Part shown: in pieces, positions 23,371 through 37,300 of the stretch
How the letters are laid out: every line of letters begins with the position of its first letter
How positions within the stretch are numbered: position 1 is the first letter of the stretch
Assembly: GCA_965203295.1 (NCBI GenBank)
Contig: CBDBCZ010000013.1
Span: 224,001-288,000, forward strand
Direction: 5' to 3'
From: Nitrospirales bacterium
Lineage (GTDB): Bacteria > Nitrospirota > Nitrospiria > Nitrospirales > UBA8639
Length of the DNA stretch: 64,000 nt
Program-made: the position numbers and the translations under genes
The notes under the pieces: model-generated
Database searches by the model: none
What the model saw: only the letters and a program-made list of their open reading frames with translations
Told to the model about the DNA's origin: nothing

Positions 23371-25828
23371 TGTGTACAGAATGTACAAACAACCTGAAAA
23401 CAAAATTCATAGCTATAGATACTACAGTAGTAAGTCACTGATAAGGAGGACAATGTAAGGTCACATTAGTGTCTGTAAAAACAGGTGGTTTATACATACC
23501 TCAGGGCTGTGATTCTAGGTACTGTATAGTACTATCAGATTACTTGGAAGACAGATGTCATCATCAATGATTAAATTAGTGTACTCATCTCATGAATAAT
23601 ACTGCTACTGGAGATGCCTAGTCCATTGCCTCAAGAAGTAAAACCAGTGTATTTTTACTTATTTGCCTATTTGGTACTTGTCATAATGTATTCCTATAGT
23701 ATTATTACATGTTCTTCCTACCTGTATTACCGTGTGGTTATGATACCATTGCTCTAGTGTACATTTCTAGGAGCCTCGTTCCCAGGCCAGCAACATTTCC
23801 CCTTACACAAAAGCTGTCACAGGGCCTGGAATCTAAAGTCACGTGATCAGCTTACATCATTATCCACTTTGAAAGACGACTGCTATTCTTTACATTTTAC
23901 CAGAGGCTTTCTTTCAGTGATATGTCTGTGGCACAAATGGACTCGAAAGAAAAGCTACAAGTAATACAATTTCGATACCTTCACTCGTCTGAGAATTACA
24001 AGTGTACTCACACACGGTCATAATAACCACTCTACTGCTGTTCTATTTTTTGCCTGCACGTGACTTTAGATCCCAGATCCTGTGCCAACTTTTGGTTAGC
24101 TGAAAAGTCACGGGCCAGGGACTTTACAATTTCTGCTTCTGCTTATGGGTTGTGTACTTCGGTCTTCGCAATGCAGGATGTCTGAGGGCAAACCCAGTGG
24201 GGCCGATCAGTCTACCTCGAATGGTGGGGGTGGAGGGGATCTAGGAGAGAGAATTGGTAAGCACTTTGCTCCAGAGTGTGCCCCTAGCTAGCCCTGGCAT
24301 CTGTATGTACTATACAGTGATGTATGTGGTAGGCAAGGTATAGCAAAGTACAACATTCGGATAATCACAGCACAATTAGGCAATACTTGACATTCCAGTA
24401 TTGTAGTACATTGTCGGACAAGCCTGAGCCTGTGTTTATGTGCAGCATGCAATGATCGAGTACTGCATTTGAGTTAGCCTCATTCCCAGGCCTTCCCCAC
24501 ACAAAATTATAGCAGGCACTTTCCTTGCAAGAGAATAGTAAACCAAATAGGAGTTGCCTAAGTCAAGCTTACTTTTCTCACACATGCTATGGTTTTCCGG
24601 AGGGTGCAGTCTCTGTTTGGGACAATTATCTAAGCCCCAGCAATGGGAGCAGGAAGACAAGCTATGCTGTTTAAAGCTTCCGTTTACATTGCTAGCATTT
24701 ATCTCCTCTGCCTATGCATTAGCTAGTATGTAAGCTATGCAAACACTACTGGTTTTAACTAGCCTAGGTATAATGTGATATATAAGTTTGTCCCGATATC
24801 TAACTGTTCATAATCCACGATAGTATCATCACACTTGGCAGCAGCACCAATTAATGTGTACATGTACCTCTCCCCGGGCCATGGGGCGATCCATTTTACT
24901 ACATGACTCCGGAACAAGGCTAACTAAGTTATCAGTTATGAATAAGATTAGGTAGACGGAAATAAGATTAGGTTGATGAACTTAGTTATCTTACAATAGC
25001 CAATGGGCTGGAGCCACACACAGTGCAAGGTGGCCTGCACCCTCTAAGGACAGATGATCAAGGGACCCATGTCCAGCAGGGACAAGAGCGAGGTTTGTTT
25101 TGACTACCCAAGTACAAAAATACAGGGGCTATACTACCCAAAGAAAAGGGGGTGTTAAAGATAGAATAGATCTCTGCATAGTGGAGTGTATAACCCGTTA
25201 TTACCGTGTAAGCCAAGGAAGATTCGTGGGCAAAGCCCGAAGAACTTTTGAGGCTTTCAAAGGAGATAACTTTCCCAAGTCATTGCGAAGTTTCTTCAAT
25301 TCCAACCTGAAGTTCACCACAAGTTCTTTAATTGCCGATGGTTCGACTACAGTGTTGTAGTTTTCTGCAAGGCATGGCAATGCAGTACAGAAGCACGACT
25401 TAAATGCTTAAACTCCAGACTAACTAACGGACAGAGACTATAGACAGAGCTACTAACAAATACGTTCTGTGGCTGGTGCCTGCCCTTGATCTTCGGCCTC
25501 CGCCCTGCTTCCAGCTTTGCTTCAGCATAACTTTCAGCTTCCTTCACCGTCGATCTTAAGCTTCAATTCTGCTTCCAGATTCGGCGTTACTCAGGTTTGC
25601 TCCCGCTGTCAAACTTTTAGCTTCGGCTCCGCTTTCAGCTTTGGCATCACTTTCAGCTTTGCTTCACTAACGCTTTGGCTCCGCTTCCAGCTTCGGCGTC
25701 ATCTTTCAGTCGGCGTGTGATGTTATCTTAGGTGGGTGGAGCTTGAAGCTGCACTCATTATTGAGTGGGAGTGGCTCAGGTGAGGAGTTATGACCAAAAA
25801 GTCCACTGCATAGTTTTATAAAGTATTA

Positions 25829-28035
25829 TTTAGTGCTACTCATGTGACCTTCGACAAATCAGAAGTCTCAAAATCATCACATGACCGTGAATTAAATCGC
25901 CTAATGCACACTTAAGTGTGCTTTATCTAAATAGCGCACACTTTCTAAATAACGCCCAACAGATCTGTGGCTCTCTCAGGTCAGTGAGAGCACTAAATTC
26001 TTTAGTCACCAGCTGGCAGTGATTACAGGTTTGAATTAGTGCACTCGGACAATTAAGTAATGGTCTCAGGCGGATAATACACTCGCCTTCGGCTTGTGCA
26101 TTATCCGCCCTCGACCGTTACCTAATTGTCCGAGTGCACTAATTAAATCTCGTAATCACTGCTAACTGGTATCTAAATATTACTTATACTATACCTAAGT
26201 CATTCTAACCAATCAGATTTCAGCATTTCGCGTGGATAACGGATCATATTCTACCGCGGGAAAAAATATACCCCGATTGCCTACGTGAAACGGTACCCGG
26301 TTCCGTTCCAGTCGCTCAAACGGTGAGAAAACTACAGTAGCTGGTGCCTGGGGGAGCCTAGGCAGATCGTATGGCGGCTATTTTACTCATAAATCGTTGG
26401 AAAGTGATATGGAAAAGTATGGTAAGCTACTGTTTTCTGAGATTCTGTGTTTTTGTGCGTGTGGTAACGCTGCCAGTCTACCGTTTTGTGTCAAATGGCA
26501 CTAGGCTCGGGATGGATGGTTACTTACTATGGCTCCTAGCTGTCGTTCAGTCTTGCTACAGTTTCTGGGAATGTTTTCCTTGCTGTAGCTTAGCCTTCTA
26601 CTCCGTCGATCGAGTCTTGATGCTAGTTGGCCCGCTTGCTCTATCGTGCCGAACGGTGCAGCCTTTCAAGCTTCTAGCTTTTCTTACAGATCTACCAACT
26701 CTTGTTAGAATGACTTAGGCATAGTACAAAATAGATAGATCACTGCGTAGCGAGTTGTATGACCCGTTATCTACCTTGGGAAAAGTTATCTCCCTTGGAA
26801 GCCTCGGAAGTACCTCGGGCTTCGCCCTCGGAACTTCCTTGGCTTCCGCGGGAGATAACTTTTCCCGCGGTAGATAACGGGTCATACACCCCGCTACGCA
26901 GTGATCTATCCTATACTTATATACCATTTGGCAGTGCATTACCGGATTTAATTTGTGCGCAAGGAATATTAAGTAACGGTCTCGGGCGGATAATGCACTC
27001 GTCTTCAGCTCGTGTATTATCCGCCCGAGACCGTTCGAGCGCACTAAATATTAGTTAAAGTACCGTCCCGAGTGTACTATGTGAAATATTGCACGAGGGC
27101 GTGGGCGAGAGGCAAATATAGCACGAGGTGAAGCCGAGTGCTATATTTGGCCTCGAGACCATGCCCAAGTGCAATATTTCACGTAGTGCACGAGGGTATA
27201 CGGTACTTTAACTGGTTTATAGTATTTCACGTTTGAATTTTGTGCTGGTCCTGGAGGGATATGGCGTTTTTTGCTCACAGATCGTTCAACAATCGATGTA
27301 GAAAGCATGGTAAGCTGCTATTCTCAATGTATGCCTAGTTTTGTTGCGTTTCCGTCTGTCTGTACGCTGCAAGCTTACCGTTTTGTGCATCAAATAGCAC
27401 TGCTAGGCTCAAGGCTTTACTGGTACCATGGTAGCTAACGTGTTGTACCATGGATGAGCTCCGTATGGTTGTACCCATTTGCTAGGAGTGTTTGTCGTTT
27501 GTAGCTAGTACTGTCTCTTTACTAGCCCGTTTTTCTTGCCGTGTTGTGCCTATCAAGTGGCGCTTTTCGTGCATTTACCAATCTCTGTATCAACTGTCGC
27601 TGCCGTTTTTGCTCCTTTCAAGTACCTTTGCTTTGCCGCACTTGCAGCTGGCCCTGCTGCACTTTCGTGGATTCTGTTTACAGTTAATTGCAAAAAGTTC
27701 TCAATTACCCATGACCTGTTCTATATTGTACTTCCTGTGCTGTATGCGTTTTCATATAGCACTCTTCACACCATAACTGTGCTATATGGAAAATAAAGCA
27801 CACTTTTCACCTTTGATCCGCCCACGCAAAATACTATAATTAGTCCCGTAATGCACTGCCCTCTGGTATGTAAAGTATTTAGAGCTCTCACTAACATGAG
27901 ACAGCCATAGTTCTGTTGGGCGTTATTTAGAAGTGTGCATACTGCACACTTAAGTGTGCATTAAGCGATTTAATGCATGGTCATGTGATCTATTTTGAGA
28001 TTTCTGATTCGTCAAAGGTCACACGAGTAGCAATA
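25829..28035. mobile_element. Composite of nested non-autonomous elements with long hairpins (Crypton-like, tentative)
   Basis: Outer ~175-bp inverted repeat 25829-26004 / 27870-28035. Internal hairpins at 26001-26177, 26731-26914, 26973-27035 and 27053-27213, all centred on a ctcg(g)cttc(g)cctcg-like motif. Diverged direct repeat at about 26371-26510 / 27262-27410. Confidence 0.55.
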
Positions 28036-28329
28036 AGTGAGCTTACTACAGCTTACAGGTTGGTAAAATCTGTTTGCGTAGCTTTGGTGTAAGTAGAGAT
28101 GTCGGAACTAGAAATGGAAAGTACAATTGAGCGATGTAAATGTGAATATCAAGCAGCCAATTCATCTGTGTACTCCTGTTACAGCCATAGCTGACCCTTG
28201 AAAATTATACTGTAATTAGAGATGTCATAAGTGTAAATACTATTCAGTCCCACTGCAATCTGTATGAGCAGAGGGTACTGTATTTTTAAAGATTTTACTA
28301 CTCTAACTATTTTAAATTTCTCCATGTAG

Positions 28330-31300
28330 GATTGCTGAATATAGTAACTGATTACTTCACCACACCAAAGAGTCTTGATGCTCAGCCGGTATGGAGCCTT
28401 GCGGATCAGTTAGAACAGTTGCTGTACCCTCCGACAGGCCCAAAGATGAATGCATCTGAGAATCCGGAGCTTTTTGCAAGAGTGATGAACGAATGTTATA
28501 CATTTGAACAAGTAAGCATTTAGCTTCTCTCTAGTGCATATAATAGGGAAGCAGTATAGGATCATTGCTTTGTTTCGTAATTTAGTGAGCTATATTTGTA
28601 GTAGCATATCAACAAGAACTCATTGTCTGAAACCTTTATCAGTACATGCATTATGCGTGTATCACTTCATCAGCTCTGAGTTGTTTGTGTAGTGTAACTG
28701 TCAGTTCCAACTGATAAAGTTCCACCTGCTGACATGTAACAATATGTTTATCATTGATATGCTATGAATAAGCTCACTAGACCAATACCATATTAGTGAA
28801 GGTTGGGGTATGTATTTCTATATTCCTACCATTCTCCATCCCATTCCTTGGAGGTTAACCTCGTGTTCCATGTTCCAATACCATATTCAAATATTCCTCG
28901 CTTCTCATTCTCATCATTCATCTCGTTTCATCCGTGCATTCATTCTGCTCAGTAGCAGGGTCTGCTATCTCATCACCATCCTTTTTCTCAAAGATAACTG
29001 CTTACGTGCGCAAAACAATATCAAGTACTTATAATACCAAGTACTTATAATACCGTATAGCGACCCATCAATTACAGCAACTCCATATATAGAAGAACCC
29101 GTCATCATTTCACCGCCCACTTCCTGAATAGTATGACCTCTCTCCTACAACAACCTCATGAATAATTTTATCTATCACAACCGTTATTACTGCAGCAATT
29201 GTTCTAAAAATCCTTCGGAATTTCAAAATTTATTACTAACGTTTGATAACCAGCAGCGTGTAGAGATCAAAAAATGTATATAGCTTGCAAGGCTGAAAAA
29301 CTCTTGCATGAAAGGCCATCATGTTTTCTAGAGTGAATCAATACCTGGAGATACATTTTCCTGTGTTGGAGAACCAGGTAACCCTCACAGTCCAGACGCA
29401 CTGATTGTAAAACTTTGCAATAGCAGCAATGTCGGCCATGTTCCAGACTTGCTCGCCCGTGTTTTGGTACCTATGCTGCGGGATAGAACGCATGGAGGGA
29501 ACTGATTGCTACGCCCTATGCTACCTGCTTTATATTACCCCATTGACACACCTATGAAGCTTGTATTGTGAAGTCTTACAGTTACGGCTCATTAGAAATA
29601 GTATAAGTACTTTGTATACCATAAATGGGCCCCTATCACAGTTACTGTAATCCATAGCCATACTGCGTTATAATGTGAAAACAAACACATCAGTTTGGGA
29701 TGTAGCTACACTTGTTTGGTACACAGGGGGCATACAGGCAGAGTGCTGCAAAGCAAGCATTACAAACACTGGTGAGAGGATGCCAACAAAACTTTGAGAG
29801 GGAATTTCCACTATACATCGCACTGTCATTTCGCATGAGTGTGCTGTAAGTTATCTGTGATTTTGTGTGTACATGCATATACAGGTGTAATAATGTTGTT
29901 GTGTTTATTTTTTACAGGAAAAAGGGTCTCTATCATTGTGATTTACTTTCCAAGTTTGTAGACGCTTCTGTACACCTCTTTGGAAGTCTGAAACCTAGTC
30001 AAATTGCCGGAACACTAAAAGGTTTCTCAAGCAGGTACCACCATATATTTTGCCATGATAATTACCTACATGTATATTGAATAGTTTTATTTAATAGACG
30101 AATTCATTAGAGATAATTTATTAAGAAATTTCATTTTTTATAAGCGGTGGCCAATAAATAAAATATTAGCCTGAAATAGTGACAATGTCTGATATTCACT
30201 CTTCACTTGCTGTGGTGAATAATTTGAGGGCCAAATAATTAGAAATTAGGTCGTAGACAAAAAGCATATTTGTGGCAGACCCGGGTAGAAATTGAATATA
30301 ATTCCGTTGCGTGTTTCGATTGGGCCTCTGTGTTTGAAACATGATATCTTTGAACTTTTGTTAAGGGTACGGCTAAAACACAGTGTAAACGCATTGATTG
30401 CCGAGCTCAGCGAGGCCAATAAACGCGTGCTATGGGCTCAACAATCTCAGCTAGTGTTTACATATATATATCTATCATGGAGTACGGTAGTACTCCATAT
30501 GTAGGGATGGCACGTAAAAAAAATGGCGGCCCCATATAACGCGTACAAAATCATACGTTAAGAACTCGGCTTTGATTATAGTCATAGGCTTTTATGAGCC
30601 ATATTATGACATCTCGAGTGTTTTCATCAGCAACAAGACTGTTGGCGTTGCTAGAAACCTTCGCTGGAGTACCAGACTGGCAAGTCGACACAGTGGAGGG
30701 GAGGGGCGTAGTCGTACAATTCTTTCTTCTTTCTTCAGCCAGGCTAGCACGATAATGGCTGAAGCGATCACAATGATTCAAGCGCAAACAAGCTGGATAT
30801 TCCCCGGGGTATTGCACTCGTAGCATAGCTTATTCAAAAAAATCGAATGGATTCAGCAGTGATTTACGAGTACTCTTGAGTGGACGCTTGCCGTTCCACG
30901 CCATTTAATGACTACTGTTCCGTTCCGTTCCGAGTTTTAGTTACCGCCCCGTTTACTTCACGTGTTCGTCTATTTAACGCCCACCTTTGATCGTGCCAGC
31001 TGTCCGGGCCTGAGCTGCATCTTCTGGATGTAAGTCACACGAAATCACACGAAAATTTAGCTATAATACACTTACTCACAAGGCTGATTATATGTTGGTT
31101 GGCCCTAGTCCAAACGGCTTCTGGCCAGAGGTACTGTTTAAGCGTTGTAAGTGGTCCGCAACAAATTTGCCTTGTTCTCTGGGCCTTTCTGTTTGCCTTT
31201 GTTATGTATCATTAGCCACTTTTGTCTATGAATACTAGCACAAGCAGAAAAGCCTTGGAAAGGAGGTTTATCGCATCCGGACAACCCCTACCATCCGGAG

Positions 31301-34300
31301 GCCCCCTCGCTTACTCTATTGGAGGGGGCAGTCAGCTATTTGTGACACTAGAAAATGCAATACATATAATTGTCCTCGGAGATAATTCATATAGAGTACG
31401 GTACTAGCTACTCCATAATAAATGCTAGGGCAGCTCCCCTTGCTAGCTGTAATGCCGACTTTGACAAGAAAAGGGCAACCTCACATGCCAGTTACATAGC
31501 TGATCCTGACACAGAGACCTTTCCCCCCCATGCACATACAGACGAAGGCCTTCTTGGTGCTGACTGGGGTACAAGTCGAAACCTATACTACATGCAATCA
31601 TCCGCAAACACATTCCATCCCAACACTATCCCTACACCATACACAGTTACACCAACACATTTGTTACTACCTCCCAAAAAACACCCCAAAACAAGTTACA
31701 GAAAAAGCACTTTGCCAAAAAGTGCAAAAACAAGGTATGTAGGGATGCACTTTCACCAAAAAACACTTCCCCAAAAACCAATGAAACAAGCAACAGTGCA
31801 CACCACAATGCATGCACAGACTACCCACACATCACAGTGCAATGCATTTACCACGTAGCTACCATCCCTACATCTTTCCAACCACACCCACCACAATCTG
31901 TACCATGCCCCCATACTCAACAGCACACCGAATACTTCCTTTAACACACACAACCATCCACAATCATCATCAACCATGACACCTCGTCTCCATCCAACAA
32001 CCACCCTTACTTCTTATATCCACAATCATCACATACTTTACAAAACATATCACCCTACACTACAACCAACCCAAACCTTCACAGGAGCACTACTCCCATC
32101 AAAATGCACTTCGCTCCATCATTCACAAGCACAATTGAGCAGAGCAATTCCTCACAACACCACACTGCCACCTACACACACAACTAACACAACCCACATC
32201 AACCACCATACAACGCACTCAACAAAGTTTCTACACTTTACCAAATACACCCACATTGACCTCCCCTACAAAGAACCTGCACACACAAGCATCTCACAAC
32301 ACACTCACAAACTTCATAACACTAGTACTCCACCTGGCATAACCAAACACCCCCCAAGTCCCTATACAAACACCATATTATATGACTCCATCCTCAATGA
32401 CTCACTAGTCCACATTCTACAGTTTCAGCTACCTTCCACAACCACCACATGCTCAGTCATTAGCATTGAGCAATACGCACACACCAAATTACACTACCAC
32501 TCTTCACATCTCACATATACGTATACATGGTTGTGGTGGGTGTGGTTGGAAAGATGTAGGGATGGTAGCTACGTGGTAAATGCATTGCACTGTGATGTGT
32601 GGGTAGTCTGTGCATGCATTGTGGTGTGCACTGTTGCTTGTTTCATTGGTTTTTGGGGAAGTGTTTTTTGGTGAAAGTGCATCCCTACATACCTTGTTTT
32701 TGCACTTTTTGGCAAAGTGCTTTTTCTATATATATACCGTAGATCGGGAAATTTTCGTCGTTAAAAATATTTCGTCGGTGAGCTCTAAGTCGAAAATTTA
32801 ACACGCAAAATATTTTCAACGTCGAATAATAAGATTGTTGAATAATTTTCACACGTCCACGTGAAGAGAAGTAGCCAGAAGTGGTGCGGTATTTGAAACC
32901 AGTCAGTTGTGTTCCTGATCCCAGAGGGTCACTGTCTCGCTTCTCAAGCGATCGTAGAAGCGAACAAACAAGTGAGGCAAGTATTGACTGAAGGCTCTAA
33001 GCGTGGTCCTTACACGAAGTACAGCGCCGCCGTTTGCGCAGCATAGGCGTCGGTTGCATTCCCACACTCCCGCTGACACGCTAAGTCCTCTCCAATGGCC
33101 GCTTCCCAAAGTTCTCGGTAGATATGGTACCCCCTAACACATGACTTCTTTCGAAAGCTCTCCATTTTGCTTTTCGCACATGTGTGTGATCCGTGTACGT
33201 ACGCATTTCGTTCCGCATACACTACTTGCAACTTGCGTATAAAAAATTCATACCATTTAAATTTCGTCGCGTTTAATTTTCGTCAGTTACTGGATCGACG
33301 AAAATTAATTACGCGAAAATTTAACTGATGAAAGTTTCTACCGCTGAAAATTTTCCGATCTACGGTATAAAGTTTGTTCCACCCACCCCCGGGGGCAAGG
33401 CACGTGTTCAAAATGGTGTCTCTTGCAGTTTTTTGGGTGCCGTCTTCGAAGTCGTGGCAGACAAAGAGTCAGATGTCTGGACAAATTTATCATGTAGTTT
33501 TATCAAGGGAGACTTACTACAGCTCCCAGGTTTGTAGAAGGTGTGTAGCCTTACTGTAAGCTGAGATATGAGCGCTGGAGACCGACGACATGATCGCAAG
33601 ATACCAATGGTATTTCAAGCCAGCATGCTTTGCGGCTCTCCGCTCTTTCGTTAGCAGCTGTGGTTAGCCATTGAAAAAATGCTGCTGACGAAGTGATCTG
33701 GCCAGTTGCTTTGATATGCATAGCGTCTCCAGTAGTTGTTTGTTGTGACTAGTTAGTCTCGCGAGCCAGCCCCTCGCACGAACTTTTCATGTGAGGCGCT
33801 GGTTCGCGAGACTAGCGACCACCCTCCCTGGCACCCTGGTGAAATACGAACAGCATCCCACCTATCTCCATCTGCTTTTGTTACAAACTATGAACCATTT
33901 ACGTATAATAAATATCATTGTGCTGTTCTCAGGGGAGACTTTGAGTTCTACTGTAGTGTGAAGTTGCAACAGGACTCTGATGAACAACCTGATAAAAGAG
34001 AGGCATTTTTATTCCTGAAATTAGCCTTCCAAAATCTACTGAGTGGACTACAGCTTGCCAAACCTCCTCGCGTCTACCCCAGAATGGTTTGGAGTAAGTA
34101 CATATTCATTTCCATGGTGAAATATTTGCCTTAATTATTGATTATTTTACATGTAGTTACTACATTTTTGTGGTTCTGCTTACTGAAGCAAGCACCTCGC
34201 TCCAGTCGGCCATGGCACGAGTACTTGCTGAAGGTCTGCTGTACATTTGTATTACCCCTTCATTGTGAACTTGTGCTTATTTATTTCTCTTTAGGAGGCT

Positions 34301-37300
34301 CATGTGTATGCAATGGATCCCAATAATGTTGAGGGGGTAATGGATGCCTTGGTCTTGGGGCAGGAACTAGAACTACCTCCAAACCTCACCTTTGATACCT
34401 GTTTAATGGGATTACTACTAGCACCAGACACTGGCAACAAACTTCGTTACTTCTCTCATCAAAGGTAGGCAAGAACCTGATGTTATTGAATGTTGATGTA
34501 ATTGCGTATAGCCTCATTCCAGTTTCTTCCCTCTTCAAAAAGTTTTATGCACTAGTATAGGTTCTCTGCCTTTGCTAAGGGCGAGAGTGACACATGTCTT
34601 TCTGTGCATGTGTACTTATGGAACGTCTTTCCTGAGACGTGCAAACTTTTGGCCTCCTCAATTTACTACTTGACTGGTGGTGTTGGCCCTGACATGATTA
34701 TTGAAGTGCAGTAACAGCATTTGCTGATAACTTGGAATATGGCAGTTGCTTTGAGAAGCTGTACAGTACGGTTTGTATGTGTTGCCTGCGAACAATGCAC
34801 CCTATGGTGTGTGCAGCTTTACCACTAGGGTGCATGGTGGATACATGCACTGTGGTAGTACCTTTCATTCGCCTATGCATTATGGTACAAATAGGTGTAT
34901 GACTGTATGGCGTAAATATGTGTACACGTCATGTTAATTTTATTCTTTAGGGATGCAATCTTTGCTCTTGAGCAGTATTTTACATCTGGTGAAGAATTCT
35001 TGCAGCACATTGTTTCAAGGTTGCGAAAACAGTGCGAGATTGTAGCCTCCAAACAGAAGAGCAAACACTTCTTAAAGTACCTCAGTACTAATGGGACCAG
35101 ACTTCAAGCAGTTAAAGATGTAAGCATCCTTTCAGCTATAGTATCAATTATATGTACATGTACTATATACGTTTGACTTTGTATATACTGCAGGGTCTCA
35201 GCCTACTCAATTCAATGCAGCACACTGCCACTATCAAGAAATGGGCGGTTTCACGATTTGATTCGGATATGCAGCAGTGGCTCATATTCTTACTTGGCCT
35301 GATTGATTATACAGAGAAGCCGCAAGAGTGCTTGGCAGAAATGTTGTCATTGACCCTTCCTGTTGTGAAGAAGTTTAAGGACTTTATTCGTGAAAAGGTA
35401 CAAGTAGTTTTAAGACCACACTGCCTGCATGGTTAATAAGCATGGTAGGTGAACAGAAACGCCGGTGTTTTTACCAGCCGGAGCGCGCGAACGGCTGGTA
35501 CTAAGATTGCTTTAAGTTTTCCGCGTTAGTCTCACGTGACCAGACTCTCGACCGGAAGGTTAGAGTCTGGCAAAATGCCAATATTGGTTTTGTAGACTTT
35601 GCATCGTACAGTGCAATCCAATGAAATTGCAGAACGTGCCTGACGTCACGTAAAATTAACTAGCGCCACTTTAGTAAGGCTTCAGGCAAGGCAGTGGCAG
35701 GCCATGTAAAAACCGCAACTACAGGAGAGTGTGGTTCGCACCCACTTAACTATATACGCTGTTACATAACCATAGCATTCCAGATGCTACAATAGCTGTA
35801 TAAGTATTTTGCCAGAATCTAACCTTCCGGTCGAGAGTCTGGTCACGCGAGACTATTTCCGCGTTTGTCTGTTTGTCTGTTTGTGCGTCCGCACTTATCA
35901 CGTGCGCAATATCTACGTCATACGTTACTATGCAGCTGCAGTGTATAGCAGCTTTTGGAGGTTTGCAGGCCAAGCTACAGCAAATGAAGGTAGTTTTGTA
36001 TTGCCTAGATGGCAAAAACGTGGTAGGTAGCTGTAAAGATCCTGGCTTCTTGGCATATAGCTACTAACTGGAGGTGCATGACGAAACTGCTGAGTCAGCA
36101 CTTTCGCTGTACCACTCTAGGAATATAGTATCTCTGGCTCTACAGCTGTAGTTTAATAGCTTGGCCTAAACTGAGTCGTTTGTATTGTACGGGAAAGGCG
36201 TCCGGCTGGTTTTTTAGACATGAAATGTCAGACTTGTTCATCACAACCTAGGCATGGTTTAATCAGGTTGGTATACTTACCAGATCTGATCATTGTCTGC
36301 AATGGTTGCCATGGTGAATAGAGAGACAAAATAAGGTGATTGAGGTGATTGTGCTGAACATTGTATTCTCACATCAGCCTATATACACACTGCGCAGTGC
36401 TACAAATATCAGGAATGTAGTAATATAGAAGACTTGTCCAAGCCTTTAATGAGTGGTCGTTTCTCAATAAAGCCATTCTTACAATCCAAGTAGATGTTTT
36501 GCAATCAATCTAGTCTGAACAAAATCTGCTCCTTTCATTTGAGAAGGAATTTACACCACCTTATGCATGCTAATAGGGTTCAGGTAAAGGAGTGGAAGCC
36601 TACATATAATACTTATGGTTGCAAAAGCTACAATAATTACCAAAATGACTAGTGTGTTAAAGCTGTCATGGTATCATTCTTCCAGATTGTTGAACTGACA
36701 AGAAAGAGTTTAAGTGGATTATCTGTGAAGCAGTTTTTTCCACTGTACAAAGTTGTATTGCATATTTGGCCTTGTGAGGTAAACATAATTTATAGGTATT
36801 AAATGCTACTAATGGGGCAAATGTTATGATGAGCTTAATCTTGTGACGCTGTGTTTCCTACCAACAGCTTCTGGAAGAATACCTGAATGAGCATGTAAAT
36901 CTGTCTGCTGTAAAATTTTCTGATCCAGTGTGGAAAGAGTTGCTTCAGGATGCAGTACAAAGGTAATGCTATTTTTCAGGGTGTCCACTGGCTTTAGAAT
37001 GTAGCTATATACCTTTTTTAACAGACAAATAGCATAGGTATAAGTATAATTGGGCGTAGTTGTGGTTTAGTGTGCCCGTTCACTTGTTACTGGACAGACT
37101 CTCACGACGATATTATGTTCTTGCTGGTCTATTATGCCATTTTTTTCTTGATCAGCTCTTAATGGAAAGCCTTGGCTCTGTTGTGAATACGTATATAATG
37201 AGAGAGTACAAGCCTATCATTGAAAGTGTCTCTGAGTCTGGATAAAGTATATTTTGATTCCATAGCTAATATCATTAAAGCAAAAGTGATTTTTTGCAGC

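Noticed and set aside
26715..27058. Similar ORFs on opposite strands (MTRYLP.EKLSP)
   Set aside because: A by-product of the 26731-26914 palindrome, not genes.
31080..31120. Hammerhead ribozyme (ctgatta...ccaaac)
   Set aside because: The core deviates from CUGAnGA...GAAA and I could not build convincing stems.
31976..32674. 232-aa His/Thr-rich ORF
   Set aside because: Stop-poor C/A-skewed DNA that runs into the inverted duplication; no domain motif or splice support.
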